A stretch of 64,000 bases of DNA from Eledone cirrhosa. Taxonomy: Eukaryota. The DNA is taken from positions 316,634,001 to 316,698,000 of the forward strand of contig OZ024742.1 of the NCBI GenBank assembly GCA_964016885.1, read 5' to 3'. The notes below the pieces were generated by a model. It did not search any database. It had not been told where the DNA came from and saw nothing but the letters and a program-made list of their open reading frames with translations. Positions within the stretch are counted from its first letter, which is position 1. Every line of letters begins with the position of its first letter. A program made the translations under genes and the position numbers. This document shows, piece after piece, positions 43,582 to 57,708 of the stretch.

Positions 43582-45365
43582 ATAAGAACATCCCCACAAG
43601 AGAGCGCTAACAAGTTTGATTTAGAACGTAGCACAATGGAAAGCATCCAGCAGATAGCTAATTCCAGAGTAAAACTGTAACTATCGACTACCCTTCCAAA
43701 CACCCTAACAATAGACTACATGTATTAGACACGGAAGTCTGGATTAACACTATAGACGAGAGAGCCCAAATTCTCCACTCACACTATGCTAAACCCATGG
43801 GCTCCAAATACCTGATACTCAAAAACTCAGCAATGTATAGTAGTGCGAAGTTTAATATTCTGATCACAGACTTGGTACGAGTAATGAAGAACGTGTCCCG
43901 CATGTGCGACCCAACAGAAATGGAAAGACACATCCAACACTTCATCAACCGCATGCAGTTCTCTGGCTACAACCAAAGAGACAGAATTAGAGTATACGAA
44001 GGAACCATGGAGAAGTATAAGACCCTCATAGAACTGGACATGAAAAGAATTTGCCCATTATACAGGATGAAGAACGGGTCCCGCATGTGCGACCCAACAG
44101 AAATGGAAAGACACATCCAACACTTCATCAACCGCATGCAGTTCTCTGGCTACAACCAAAGAGACAGAATTAGAGTATACGAAGGAACCATGGAGAAGTA
44201 TAAGACCCTCATAGAACTGGACATGAAAAGAATTTGCCCATTATACAGGAGCAAATCATGGAATAGCTTACATAGGGCTAGACATAAGATAGGGAAAGCC
44301 ACCTCATGGTACGACAACCAGAGATACCAGAGTGTCATGTTTGTGGACGCTACCCCTGGATGGAAATTAGCTAACCAGTGTAGAAAGGCCCTGAGAAAGA
44401 CCCACTTAAAGATTAAGGTGGTAGAAAAGCCAGGAACCACGATAACATCCCTGATCAGCAAAACCTACCCTTTTAAGAAAATCCACTGTACTAATAGGAA
44501 ATGTATCATATGTAAAGTAAACCCCCGGATAAACTGTAAAACTAGAAACGTAGTCTATAGCATAAGATGTACAGAGGGTACTTGCAGAAACATGACAACA
44601 ACATACATAGGCGAGGCAGCTCGTAGCATAGGTGAAAGGATAGACTAACACTGGGGGGGGGGGGACTAAAAGGACGAAAAAACGGTTCAGTACTATACGA
44701 ACATTCCAGACACCAACACGACGGTAACATAGACAACATAGAAATTAGAATAATATCTAAACATAGAAATGACCCAGCAGATAGGTAAATCAGAGAGGCC
44801 AGTGAAATAGAACTTAGAAGGCCAAGGCTAAACAGAAAATATAAATGGAATAACAACAACACCCAAACAAACAAGACTGACCTAAGAGAAGTATAAATAA
44901 ATAAATAAATAGATAAATAAATAAATACATACACAAGCACAATAACAACAAACGCATATAAACACATACTAGTAAAGATAGAATACATTAACCAATACAC
45001 AGTCACCCAAACACGAACACACATCAAACAAAACACTATACACACACGCAAACGCGTGCGGAAAGAAGACAAAAAAATAAGAAAATAAATAAATATATAA
45101 ACAGACTAAATAAAGATGGCGTAGACATACAATTCAACGGGAGGAAACAATAGCACCACTGACGATGTTGCAGATGTGCAACGAAAGAACTTTGATAGAC
45201 TATATATATGTTTGTGTCTATATTGTCAATGGCAACATTGAGGACCGAATAAATTAAATTAACCGATATAAAAGACACAGAAGCGAAAACCAACCAAACA
45301 GTGAGTGTGTTCTGTTATTAATTCTGGCAATATTACACAAATATGAGCCTCCCCAAGTATAACAA
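43578..45365 (+). mobile_element. 5'-truncated PLE of another lineage (RT end, thumb, linker, GIY-YIG, 3' UTR, HHR)
   Basis: DYPSKHP..VLDTEVW..HYAKPMGS..SAM; MQFSGY; VMFVDATPG; CTNRKCIIC..CKTRNVVYSIRC..YIGE..RSIGER; stops after 44648. Confidence 0.8.
45155..45196 (+). ncRNA. Minimal type I HHR
   Basis: CTGACGA 45159-45165; T-GTTGCA(GATG)TGCAAC; GAAA 45183-45186; GAAC-TT; weak stem I. Confidence 0.6.
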
Positions 45366-45849
45366 TATATATATATATATATATTTATAGATATAGATAT
45401 ATATGTATATATATAAATATGTGTATACACACACACACACCCATATATATATATATATATATTGTAAAGATTGATTGAAGCCTTTGTGTGGGCTTTTTTT
45501 GCATATGCACTCGTCTAAATACTCGACCTTCACTCATTCTCTCCTTTGAGCCCAATTTCCACTTTTGATTACATATTTATAAATATTTAGAGATTTTTCG
45601 AATTTTCAAAATATGGAATAAAATAAATCGATTCAGGCATCTGTATAATAATATACTGCTATAACTCTGAATCTAGTAGATTCTTTTTATAGCAACTCTA
45701 GTGATATCCATACAACCGAATAAACAACCAACTAAGTAACTCACACGCAAATCAAACATTTTGTGTATTTAGTATACATTAAGGAGGTGAGGCTCTGAAT
45801 GAAATAAAATCTGAAATAGACGCTAAAATATTATCAGTATAACTCCGAA

Positions 45850-47150
45850 GCTACGCCATATTTAAAAATAATGCTACGTGCCTGGTAAATAGATGTTGGG
45901 AGATTTTTGAGTCCAAGTTAGCTGATGAACATTGTGGTTTTTGCTCCGGACGCAGCGTAGCCGACCAAATATTCATACTGCGGTAGGTCTTTGAGAAATC
46001 GTAGGAGTACTTCCAAGAGGTATATTCTTGATTTGTACACCTCAAAAAGAGCATATGTCTGCCTTCGACGGGACCTGCTGTGAAAGGTTCTGCAAGAGTA
46101 TGTGATCAATGGTCAATTTCTTGTTGCTTTAATGACTCTATACGAATTCCAAAGTATTTGTGTTCGGATAAATCGTGCTAAATCGAAAAGATTCAATGTG
46201 GGAGACGAACTCTGCCAAGAGTGCGTACTTCCACATATTTGTTCATCATTTTCATAAACAGGATTGACATGCTCCGCCGGGTTGGAAGTGGTAACACGAC
46301 TGACAGGTGTATAATCCATCGGCTGGAAATTTCAGACAACGTGGCTTCCCTTAAACTCAGACTTGTATTTGATAGGGTTGATACCGAGTGTTGCTGCATA
46401 GCTGGAATGAAAATCAGTGCTGCCAAATCTGAAATTTTTGACCTCTCAAGGAAGCCTGCGTAATGCATTCTAATGCATTCAAGTGAATGGAGCTCCAGTG
46501 TAGCAGGTGGAGAAGTTCAAGTATATTGGGGCCGTGTTCACGAATGGAAGGCAGGAGGCTGAATTAAGTGCAAGAATTGCCTGAGCTTGTGCAGTAATGC
46601 ACCAGCTTCAGCATTTGGAAATCAAAAGAAGGGGTTAGGCGTAAAAGCCAATCTCACTATCTTCAATTCTGTATTCGTGCCAACCTTTACCTATGGTAAT
46701 GAACGAAAGAATACGATCGGAAATACAGGCGGCCGAAATGGAATTCTTCCGAAGCGTATTTGGAGTAGCGTTACTCGATAGAGTGCGTAGCTTAGAGATC
46801 AGAGACTTGCTCGTGGTATAGCTGTTACTTTTCTGAATTGCGAGATCATAGCTACGATACTATGAGCATGTGGTTAGGGCGTATCAGGGAGGAATTGTTG
46901 GACAGATTTTACGGGCAAAACCAACAGGCAGGATATCCAGGGGTAGACCCTAAGCAAAATGGTTGAATAACCTTCATGATCCCTAGCTGGTCTCGCTTGG
47001 GGATCCAGCTGGGTCAGGTGAAAACGTTAGCGAAGAGGAAGAAGAAGAAGAAGAAGAAGAAGAAGAAGAAGAAGAAGAAGAAGAAGAAGAAGAAGAAGAA
47101 GAAGAAGAAGAAGAAGAAGAAGAAGAAGAAGAAGAAGAAGAAGAAGAAGA
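45850..47150 (+). mobile_element. Decayed RTE-type LINE (RT to 3' end) with a (GAA)n tail
   Basis: HCGFCSGRSVADQIFILR; QVEKFKYIG; IFNSVFVPTFTYG; LRYYEHVVR..SRGRP..W; many stops and frameshifts. Confidence 0.8.
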
Positions 47151-48149
47151 CATGCTTTCCTTCCTTGAAAATATATGTATTTCGCAATAATCCATCCGTG
47201 AAGCTTTAACGCGCGATGTGGAGTCACCTTGCACATTGGATGAGAGATGAATCTTAAGTTAGTTAGTCTGAAGATTGAAAATATTCCCAGGAACAAACAT
47301 TTGTGATATTTATTATTCTGAATATAAAAATGATTTTTGAATAATCCCTTTTCCAGAAATAGTTATTTGATAACTTCCAGTATAGATCGTCTGCTATAGA
47401 AAGTTTTCGCTGATGCATACCGTGTTAAGAAAATCTATTTAACCAAACACCCTCCCGAAATTCAACGAGGTGATTATATGAATGAAATTGAAATGTCAAC
47501 TCTATTTATTCAACATAATGATCAAGTTCATAACACTATATGAAAACATCAAACGAGTAAGATGTCATTTAATATTGCTTCATGACATTAAATTAATATT
47601 TCATTTGTTGGAAATAACAAGTATCTTTCAAAAGGCAATTTACTGTGAATTTTGTGATCTGCTAACGATTAAATACATAATACCAGTGTTAATAGACTTT
47701 CATCAAAATTATCTTACAAGACACTCAATTATAGATGAAGAACGAAAAAATAATTATGACTTCTGGGCACTTTTATGAACATGACTACATCACCACACCA
47801 TCTCTAACCAATACTTTTACTTTTTGATCGATAAACCTTTCTGTCGAATAAATTGTACCTGTTTTCAAATATTTATTGAACCTTCCATTTATCCTCATAT
47901 CATGGCTAACGATATTTGCAATGCTCAAATTCGATAAATGACGCAGATTCACATTCTTACTTGTGTTAACGATGTATATTTGAGAGATTAATACACGATG
48001 TATGTCAAACGCACGAAAGACAAAGAAAATAATTGAATGTGCATTTTATTAGTGATAACTAAAGCCATTAGATATTTATAAAAAAACGTTAAAATTCACA
48101 AAACTATGTTTCTCAGTGAAATATGCTTACATTACAACCCCCCCCCCCT

Positions 48150-50661
48150 TATATATATATATATATATATATATAAAGGGAAGACGGACATTGTTTAGTG
48201 TACCGAACTTGCAGGCTACACCGTTCATCCAATTTTCATGAAATCTCACACATATATAAAACTCAACGCGTAGAGTGGAATAGGCTACTTGAAATTTTCG
48301 AAAAATCGATAATCGGGCCCTATGACAGAATATTTTTCGATTCCAATGAAATTTTATGTGAATTCGAACACAATAACTCTTAGTTTACATCTAGCGCAAT
48401 AAAAATAAATTTCATATGCCCATATAAGGACGTGCGTTATTGATTGGACGGCCAGCTGCATGTCTTCCCAGCTGTCTCAGTAAACGACCGACCATTAAAG
48501 AGTTTTTCTTTTCATATTCCACCTTATTCAAGTGGAAATACAGTATTATCCCTATCTGAAAAGGGAACCAAATTTAATGGTGTCTTTTGTGAACCTAAAA
48601 GCTGTGAGTAAATTTACAAACAGTCTTTGAAAAAAAAATTACTAAATAATACCTTGACCAAGTTGTGTTGTACACATACAATACAAGTAAAAAAATTTAC
48701 GTCGTACCAATGTTTTCCTTTTTTTAAACAAAAGATTCTAAAAAATTACTTAATTTATAATACAGTCTTTTGCACAGGAAGTGAGTAAGTTTTCGGGTGT
48801 TTAAACGTAAGTTCACCAGGGTTTGTGTCTTCATTATTAGCCCACCTCTAATGGCATTTTTTGTTCTGCTTACGACTAAATGTTATGAGCGTATTTGCAA
48901 TTAATTGCGCACACGTGCACATCTGCATGCAGATAGACACTGACAGCCAATAAAAAATCGATAACTTGCTTATTAAGATATCGGTCAAAAAGAGGGGATT
49001 GAATGTACTTTAGAACATTTTTTGAATATATTGTTCTTTTTGGCATATGTCAGAAATATAGCTACTATACACTTTGGTTATTTTTTGTAACTAAAAAACG
49101 GTTCCTTTTGGGTGGATACTTAACGAGAAAAATCCTAGGGTTTTGGACAAGTTTGTTTCAGGCGCTGTATAGACGCCTATTTTGTCGCACCTTGGTCATG
49201 AATTCGTATTCATTTTCAATAGATATTTTCCGCCCTATAAGGCTCACCAGGATATAAGGCGTATCATTTAAAATCAGGTCCGCGCAACGGCGTGTAAGGC
49301 CAACCAGAAAATGCTATCTTCTTTACTTTTAGTCTAGATCTATTACTTCTGTTAGAGCGGTGATTGATTACCATTGTATTATTTATACATAAGGCTCACC
49401 GGAGTATAAAGCGCAGAGCTGTTTTTTGATTAAATTTAATTATTTTAAGTGCAATTTATAGACGGGAAAATTCGGTAAGTTATTGTAATCATATTTCCAA
49501 ACCTTCCCATTCACCAGTAACCATGCTAACGAATCTGGTGTCATCTCTCTCTGTATTTAATCACCTCTCTCTAACCTAACAGCTTCGTTACACGTCGTTA
49601 TGCCCACACGGAAACGTTCAAGACTTACCTCCAAAAAAGGTACAGCTATTGCTTTGAGTCAACGAATTAGGCGTTCTCAGGTATGAGTTCATTCACAATT
49701 GATTAATCCTTTATGCAATATTCTCCCTTAATGTTAGCAAGTACTGCGTTTATCCTAACTGTCACCACTTTTAAGCAACTACAACATTCTAATCGTAGTT
49801 ATATTAAATTTATTGTCTTACCTTGATTCCCTTTTGTTCATGTTAGACTTTTCTCATTTACTATTGACACTGCCATTGGCTTAGCTAACCAGTAGAATTA
49901 ATTAATTTTCTCTAGGAAACACCTGCTGAGCGCGAATCTCGACTCGCTGATAGACGTCTTTCCCGGCTGGTTGAGTCACCAACATCACGTACGACAAGAC
50001 TTGCTTATGTTCGCCTTCGTCGCCAACAAGCGCTGACGGAGGAATCACCGACATCCCGTCAGACGAGGCTTGAGGCTGTGGCAAAGGGCAATAACCTTAG
50101 ATACAATTTTGATCAACTTTTTTTCACCTATAGCCAATTTACCGGGACAGGTTTTTAGCTACTCAAATCTACTTCAGAGATCACGCATTGATGTAAAAAA
50201 TCAATAAAACTGAAGCGGGTCTCGACTTTGCGCAAAAAAACAAGGCAAAGTTACATATGGGAAAACTTTTTACAGGAACGTCCTATATTCTTGAAAACTG
50301 TCACAAAAGAGTCGCCATTGTGCCGCGGTTAAGATAAAGGCCTTTATAATTCTTCTTCTGCACATGTGAGCACAAAAATTGTAAAAAAAAAAAACCTGAA
50401 AGTAATCGACATTTTCACCCTGCTTTAAATTAACTGAACATTCAATATCAAGCGATTTTGACTTCCGTCAGTCGTGCAGAGAACAATTTCAACGATACAC
50501 TGTGTAACTACAATTAATAAATTACACACCTGTGTCTACTAACCTATTTTTTTCCATTGAAGTTCGAAGTTTTGAACCTGTGATGCGCGGGAAGTAACTT
50601 TCACACATTCTAACAGACCAAAGGTCGACTTACACCCGGGCAGCGCCGGGTACTTCTGCTA

Positions 50662-50662
<1 letters not shown>
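48150..50662 (+). mobile_element. Non-autonomous Helitron
   Basis: 3' hairpin ACCCGG(GCAGCG)CCGGGT at 50634-50651, then CTAG (50659-50662) and T; 5' end ..TATATAAAGGG; 5' boundary blurred by (TA)n. Confidence 0.7.
49219..49477. mobile_element. Tc1/mariner (pogo-like) MITE nested in the Helitron
   Basis: Imperfect TIRs ATTTTCCGCCCTATAA / TTATAGACGGGAAAATTCGGTA; repeated ATAAGGCTCACC. Confidence 0.5.
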
Positions 50663-50710
<48 letters not shown>

Positions 50711-50886
50711 ATTCGATTTTGAATTTGTTTTGCGAGATTTCTTATCTGAAAACGTGTGTTGAAACACATATTATTACACTTTGGGAGGGTCATGTTGCCA
50801 ATAAAAACATACGCACCTGTTGGTTTTCACTTCAATTTATTATAAGTTTCCGGTTGGTTAGATAACTGAAAGGTTGTATATATATT

Positions 50887-50929
50887 GTCAAAGCTCTTTC
50901 GTCACACATTCTGTGACCTCCTCAGTGAC
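50887..50929 (-). ncRNA. Minimal type I HHR in an old pLTR fragment with inverted tail (about 50765-50845 vs 50998-51075)
   Basis: GTCA-CTGAGGA-G-GTCACA(GAATG)TGTGAC-GAAA-GAGC-TT-TGAC on -. Confidence 0.75.
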
Positions 50930-51514
50930 TAGGTTTTTATTTTGTGTCTCTCCTTTGTTCTGTCCTATACCATCTTGTTTTTGACACAAAAAAAACAAGA
51001 TAATTTGAAGCGAAAATCAACAGGTGCCTGTGTTTTTATTGGCAACATAACACTCCCAAAGTATAACAATATATATATCAATACTTTACAAGAATGTAAA
51101 GTATCAGGAATACTTAGGTCTCTGGGGCTTTGACGACTTACACAACATTTGTAAAAATGTGTTGCCAACAAACATATCCAAACATATAATATTCTACACT
51201 GTATGTATTTAGACTAATCTATTATCACCAAGAAAGTTGGAGGTCAGTATTTCCAGGCGCTTCTGTTGTAAATGTGTGTATGCATGGGTGAGTGGGTGTA
51301 TGTGTGTAGCACACAAATAAAAGTAAAACAAAAATAGTACCATAGAACATACATTAAAAATAACGTGATATTATGATAACATTCCTGAAAGTTCGAAATG
51401 AATCTTAACATTTCAGAGACTAGACCTTTATCCGAAGGTAGATACAGAGTAAAGAGAGGATGTTTTGGAGCCAAGAAAAAGGAAGATAAAACGAATGAGA
51501 AAAAACGAGGGGAA

Positions 51515-51565
<51 letters not shown>

Positions 51566-51620
51566 AGTATGCATGTATACGTACATACATATATGTATAC
51601 AGACGTACAGTAGCATGCAC

Positions 51621-51655
<35 letters not shown>

Positions 51656-52094
51656 TACATATGCATACAGGTACACATACATATATGCACGTATCAGTTT
51701 AGCGGCGCTAACGTCGCTTTGTTCGTTTGTAAACAAACTGAACAGCCTGAATTTATGCCATACGGTGTTAAGGCAACCACGTCACCTTTTTGTTCAACAC
51801 TGACACAGGAACGATGTACTAGTTTCAAGCTTGTTAGCTATCATCAGCACCGTTTACCCATCTGCCAGATAGTTGAACGTTCGAAAGTATATACTTTCCT
51901 TATGAAAATTAACGGCTGAGCAGCCTAATTTGCATATTGAGTGAGTTAAATCGGTTAGGCATACCGAAAACGATAAATTGAAACAAAATGAAAACGAAAT
52001 TTCATTTCTCACTCTTAGTATGGCACTTACTTAAATGTAAGTATGCATGTATACGTACATACATATATGTATACAGACGTACAGTAGCATGCAC

Positions 52095-52129
<35 letters not shown>

Positions 52130-52365
52130 TACATATGCATACAGGTACACATACATATATGCACGTATCAGTTTAGCGGCGCTAACGTCGCTTTGTTCGT
52201 TTGTAAACAAACTGAACAGCCTGAATTTATGCCATACGGTGTTAAGGCAACCACGTCACCTTTTTGTTCAACACTGACACAGGAACGATGTACTAGTTTC
52301 AAGCTTGTTAGCTTTCATAAGGAAAGTATATACTTTCGAACGTTCAACTATCTGGCAGATGGGTA

Positions 52366-52410
52366 AACGGTGCTGATGATAGCTAACAAGCTTGAAACTA
52401 GTACATCGTT
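52366..52410 (+). ncRNA. Minimal type I HHR of the 474-bp unit
   Basis: AACGGTG-CTGATGA-T-AGCT(AACA)AGCT-T-GAAA-CTAG-TA-CATCGTT; 7-bp stem I; palindromic ACTAGT; GTA triplet. Confidence 0.85.
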
Positions 52411-52564
52411 CCTGTGTCAGTGTTGAACAAAAAGGTGACGTGGTTGCCTTAACACCGTATGGCATAAATTCAGGCTGTTCAGTTTGTTTACAAACGAACA
52501 AAGCGACGTTAGCGCCGCTAAACTGATACGTGCATATATGTATGTGTACCTGTATGCATATGTA

Positions 52565-52599
<35 letters not shown>

Positions 52600-52745
52600 G
52601 TGCATGCTACTGTACGTCTGTATACATATATGTATGTACGTATACATGCATACTTACATTTAAGTAAGTGCCATACTAAGAGTGAGAAATGAAATTTCGT
52701 TTTCATTTTGTTTCAATTTATCGTTTTCGGTATGCCTGACCGATT

Positions 52746-52806
52746 TAACTCACTCAATATGCAAATTAGGCTGCTCAGCCGTTAATTTTCATAAGGAAAG
52801 TATATA
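52746..52806 (+). promoter_or_regulatory. Putative octamer + TATA-like promoter of the 474-bp unit
   Basis: ATGCAAAT 52759-52766, TAATTTTCATA, TATATA 52801-52806; conserved in the 467-bp unit and partly in the 32.8-kb relic. Confidence 0.55.
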
Positions 52807-53040
52807 CTTTCGAACGTTCAACTATCTGGCAGATGGGTAAACGGTGCTGATGATAGCTAACAAGCTTGAAACTAGTACATCGTTCCTGTGTCAGTGTTGA
52901 ACAAAAAGGTGACGTGGTTGCCTTAACACCGTATGGCATAAATTCAGGCTGTTCAGTTTGTTTACAAACGAACAAAGCGACGTTAGCGCCGCTAAACTGA
53001 TACGTGCATATATGTATGTGTACCTGTATGCATATGTATA

Positions 53041-53086
<46 letters not shown>

Positions 53087-53199
53087 CATGCTACTGTACG
53101 TCTGTATACATATATGTATGTACGTATACATGCATACTTAAATTTAAGTAAGTGCCATACTAAGAGTGAGAAATGAAATTTCGTTTTCATTTTGTTTCA

Positions 53200-53288
<89 letters not shown>

Positions 53289-53830
53289 ATATCGACCTTA
53301 ATGAGCCGAAACCATAGGGATTTCCAGAGGTTGACTGAGGAGATGGACTGTTGGCCTTTCCGTTGTTTTTTCAATTGTCCTTGTCCTGTGTGCACCAACT
53401 TTGAATTAATATATTAAAGATTTAGTCAAGCGGGCTTTTTTGAAACTAACATTTAATAAACATCACCTGCCTGTTTTCCTCTAATCCCCTTCTAACCTTC
53501 TCTACACATCAGTGCCCTTCTTCTTTGTCGGCACATTGGACTACAGTCCTTCTTTTTCTCTTTTATTTCTCTCTTTTCTATTTCTCTCTTTTCTATATTA
53601 ATTTCTCCCATATTTGTGAAATTTATCTAAAGGCATAACTTATCTCTATCTGATTTGTTATGTTCCTGTGTACAGTAGAATGAATGGTGTCGACGTTAAA
53701 AGCCGAAACCGTAACGATTTCCAGAGGTTGACTGAGTAGTTGTGACTGTTCGTCTTTCTGCTGTTTTTTCGATTGGTTTTGTCTTACGTGCACCTACTTT
53801 AAACACACACAATCACACATACACACACAC

Positions 53831-53954
<124 letters not shown>

Positions 53955-54100
53955 TGCATAGGGTTTATTTTGACGATATTACTTTACCGCTCTAGAGAAA
54001 TGAGAAATTATACATATTCTTCTTCAATGGCCATATCCGATCCAGGTAGGCTGTTTTGGTGTCATCTTGCTAAACTTAATTGAAAGCGTGTGCGCGTACC

Positions 54101-54203
<103 letters not shown>

Positions 54204-55282
54204 CAAAATGTGCTTATGAAGAAGACAGACATAAGCAAAAAAAATTGCTTTTACTCATTAGCATAACTGTACATTTGTTGGCGATGCATATTAATAAAAA
54301 ACCCTGTATTTATGAAATTGGTTTTCACAGAAAGCCCTGTCGTTTAACGAGTCCATTTTCACAGCAATTTCAAATATCCATGTACATTGATTTACAATGT
54401 ATTCACAAACACTCTCTTTCCGAACCTAATTTCATTTCACACATACACCGTAACTAAATAATGCAAATCCTGTTTCTGACGTTCTAGCGATTCTGACAAA
54501 GCACTTCTCTATGGATTCCACATATTGCTAATACTTATTGACATTAGATGAATGAAGAAATTATCAAATCTGATGGGATTTTAATTGACAATGCACTGAG
54601 AAATACTGAATAGCGTTTGATTAAATATGCGAGTCAAATAAATTATCATCTCATACAGATGCCAAATGAATTAAATTCAATATCACACAACTACAGAATG
54701 TGCATGCCTTTTATGTAAGCAGCAATCAGTTGACCAATTCACATTAGGGAAGAAAAGTTAAAAGCTTTGACCCATCACGCAAGCGTAAAATGTATTATAT
54801 TCACCCGGGTATAGAAACATTGAGCAGATACGGACCGCTGAGAATTTACTCAACTGAACGATGCACACGGATTAATATTTCACAGTTATGTCAACAATCT
54901 CCATCACCACAATTCAATTATTTGCATAAATCACATAGAAATCACGCCCTTATAACAAAGACATTATTTTTATGGATTAACATTTTTGATTTCCAAGGAA
55001 TAAACCTCATCGCATTGTCACTAAGAGATAAGTTTTATATAATAATCAGAATGCACCTACGGATGCACGTTTTATGATGCTCCGACAAACACAAACATTT
55101 AAAAACTTGCAAACACGAGTAAACAAGTTTGGGAGACTACAAGGGGAAAACATATTTAGATAACCACACTATTCATATACACCTTTAAGGCACAACCTTT
55201 TTTTTTTATTTTCTTTTGTTGGGTGATTCCAATTCTCCATTTCAGAAACCAGTTAATTTTACTATAATATAGAATAACGAAT

Positions 55283-55495
55283 GCGGTGGATTGGCAGTAT
55301 CGGGAGAAGGCCGGACGCCATGCTTTGCAGTATAGGGGGAGGCCCTTTATGATCTGAGTTCAAATCCCGCCGAGATTAACTTAGCCTTTCATCCTTACGG
55401 CTCGATAAAATAAAGTACCAGTCTCGCACCGGGGTCAATTCAATCGACTTCCCTTCCCCCAAATTTCTGGCCTTGTGCCTCTATAACAAACTGTA
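55283..55495 (+). mobile_element. Octopus-type tRNA-derived SINE
   Basis: GCGGTGGATTGGCAGTATC..CTGAGTTCAAATCCCGCCGAG..CCTTTCATCC..GGCCTTGTGCC. Confidence 0.85.
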
Positions 55496-56006
55496 ATATA
55501 GAACAGCGATACCTAACACATGTTCTCAGTTTTGTCTATTTTTTGCATAACACGCTTATCGACGATCGAATAGGCAGAACTCCAGTGGTCGAATATTTTA
55601 ACTTTTCACCGCTTTCACATATTTCCTTCATGCGAAACCGTTTTGATTTCACACAAAGATTGCAGCCCATAATAATTTTACTCGTCCTAAAATTATTTGT
55701 TTCATGTACTGCGCAAAAGACCATATAACCCCCACCACCACATATACACATTCGAACACACACATATATATAAATATGTAACATCAACAATCTAACATTC
55801 TTAACAATTAGAATATTTTTTATTCTGGACATCCACAGTTAGCTCCCTTACGATTGACCTTGCCCATGTGTATTCGTACGGTTGTTTTTCCTTTTCCGTA
55901 CAACTTCATTCAAACCGAGCTGAAGATGCGCATAAGGTGAAACGTTTATTCTCGCTATAGTGAACTAACAGTTGTGGAACTACTTCTCTCTCTGTCTCTC
56001 TCTCTC

Positions 56007-56064
<58 letters not shown>

Positions 56065-56872
56065 CGGGGTAACAAATAATAGTTATATCCAGTCCCCTTA
56101 GGTGTAGTCCAGTTATGGTATTCCGGGTAGTGGATGATATCAACGCTAGGCTTGGTTTGACTCAACAAGCGTATTCATAGTGATGTTGCGAGTATGCTGT
56201 AATTCCTATGTTGTAAACACTTGGAGTAATAATAAATCAGGAAAGAAGATTGACATTTGCAATACAAAAAAGGTTTTTAATCTCATTGCTGACAATTGTT
56301 TCTCTGAACTGGTAGGTCTAGAGATCGCTATTCGCTTGTTTTCACGTTACTCGATCGCCAATACAAAATTATAACCAGTCAGTTCTTCGGAGCATGCGAG
56401 AATGAAGAGAATATACAGGCATGAATGGAATATACAGGCTACTATATGAAGTAGTAATGGCATTCAGTTAGAACAATAACAACAATTACAAAAATGCTAG
56501 TAATAAATTATTTGAGGAGACCCTGACATTACATTAGGTGGGGGGTATAGTGTATCTAAGATTTCGGCGTGTAAAACTAGCTGACATGAAGCAGAAGTAT
56601 AAGTTTGGCATGTCGTAGGGTGTATTGTATCAATTTTAAAGATAAGCCGGTGTTTATCACCAATATAGGTCAGGTGGCCGTAATGTTCAGTATTTATCTG
56701 ACCGACGAAGTATTTATCATCGAGTAGAATTTGTGTGGTCTACATTAGATGAGAATACAGTCTTTCTTTTCATCTTCAATAACATACATGAATGGGACAA
56801 CATTGTCAAAGCTAAATAGTGGGCGAGTTAATACAGAGGTTAAGGAGGCAATACATATATATATATATATAC

Positions 56873-56904
<32 letters not shown>

Positions 56905-57510
56905 ATATACACACGCATGTGTACATAGACACATACATACACATCAATATACACTCGTACAAAAATATACATACATGCAAAGAGATAAACATGCTGACTG
57001 TAATTATGGCAAAAGGAAGGTAAAGTTACATTGTAGTAGTGATTTGAGAAATTCTTGGATTTAGGATGAAGTGATGGCAGCAGCTGAGAAGAAATAAGTT
57101 TATGGGTTGATGAGGTACTTACAGACATTTGTATGGTAAAGACCTGTGAAGGCTAGAGTGTACTTAATGAGTATATTTCTGTGGTGATTTATGCAGGGTA
57201 GTGGGTATCCTAGTTTACGGCTATGTTGTGTTGGTTCGATTCACGGAGGTTTGAATCTTATGAATTTAGTGGCAATTCTATGTCTGCAGAAGATAGATCT
57301 TTCTAACTTATTGTTAAGCAGCCTTTTTACATTTTTGAGGATATACATTAGTTCTAGATCACATAGCCCGCAGTGGGACGTACCTGTACTATAGGTTTTA
57401 GCAGCCGACAACTTCGACCTGTTAATGCTGTAGTTAGTGCTGCTGTCCTTCAGTTCCCATATTTTTTTGGCGAGGGTTGTGGAACCCATAAGTGCGCGGT
57501 TTTTCATATG
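56065..57510 (-). mobile_element. 5'-truncated Hydra-like PLE (EN C-terminus 57241-57510, 3' UTR, HHR), related to 9401-11210
   Basis: TTLAKKIWELKD..CGLCDLELMYILK..LLNNKLERSIFCRHR; 3' end at (TA)n. Confidence 0.75.
56287..56394 (-). ncRNA. Type I HHR with about 80-nt stem II and a U4C core change
   Basis: TGCT-CCGAAGA-A-CTGA-CTGGT..ACCAG-TTCAG-A-GAAA-CAATTG-TC-AGCA on -. Confidence 0.6.
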
Positions 57511-57708
57511 TATATGTATATAGAGAGAGAAGTATTTCCCAAAACATATGAGGTTATACGTAAGCTGTTTGTTAATGTGATTCGACTTAGAGACCGAGGG
57601 TCTATGTGATCGGCTTAATTCCTTGAAGCATTGTTGTAGTCTACTGACTAGTGAATGAAAGTGGTAAATGATTACATTAATATATACACACACACATATA
57701 TATATATA

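Larger units (their letters stand above)
51562..53205. mobile_element. 474-bp non-coding retrozyme-like tandem repeat, fold-back (about 1.6 units on -, 1.9 units on +)
   Basis: Period 474 (51564/52038; 52314/52788); HHRs at 51810-51854 -, 52366-52410 +, 52840-52884 +; (TA)n on both sides. Confidence 0.85.

Noticed and set aside
53284-53800. Diverged direct repeat about 395 bp apart with a GCCGAAACC.TA half-site
   Set aside because: Possibly an old retrozyme, but no CTGANGA box upstream and no octamer module
55917-55954. HHR-like CTGAAGA..GAAACGTTT
   Set aside because: Stem II barely pairs and stem I is out of register; relic only
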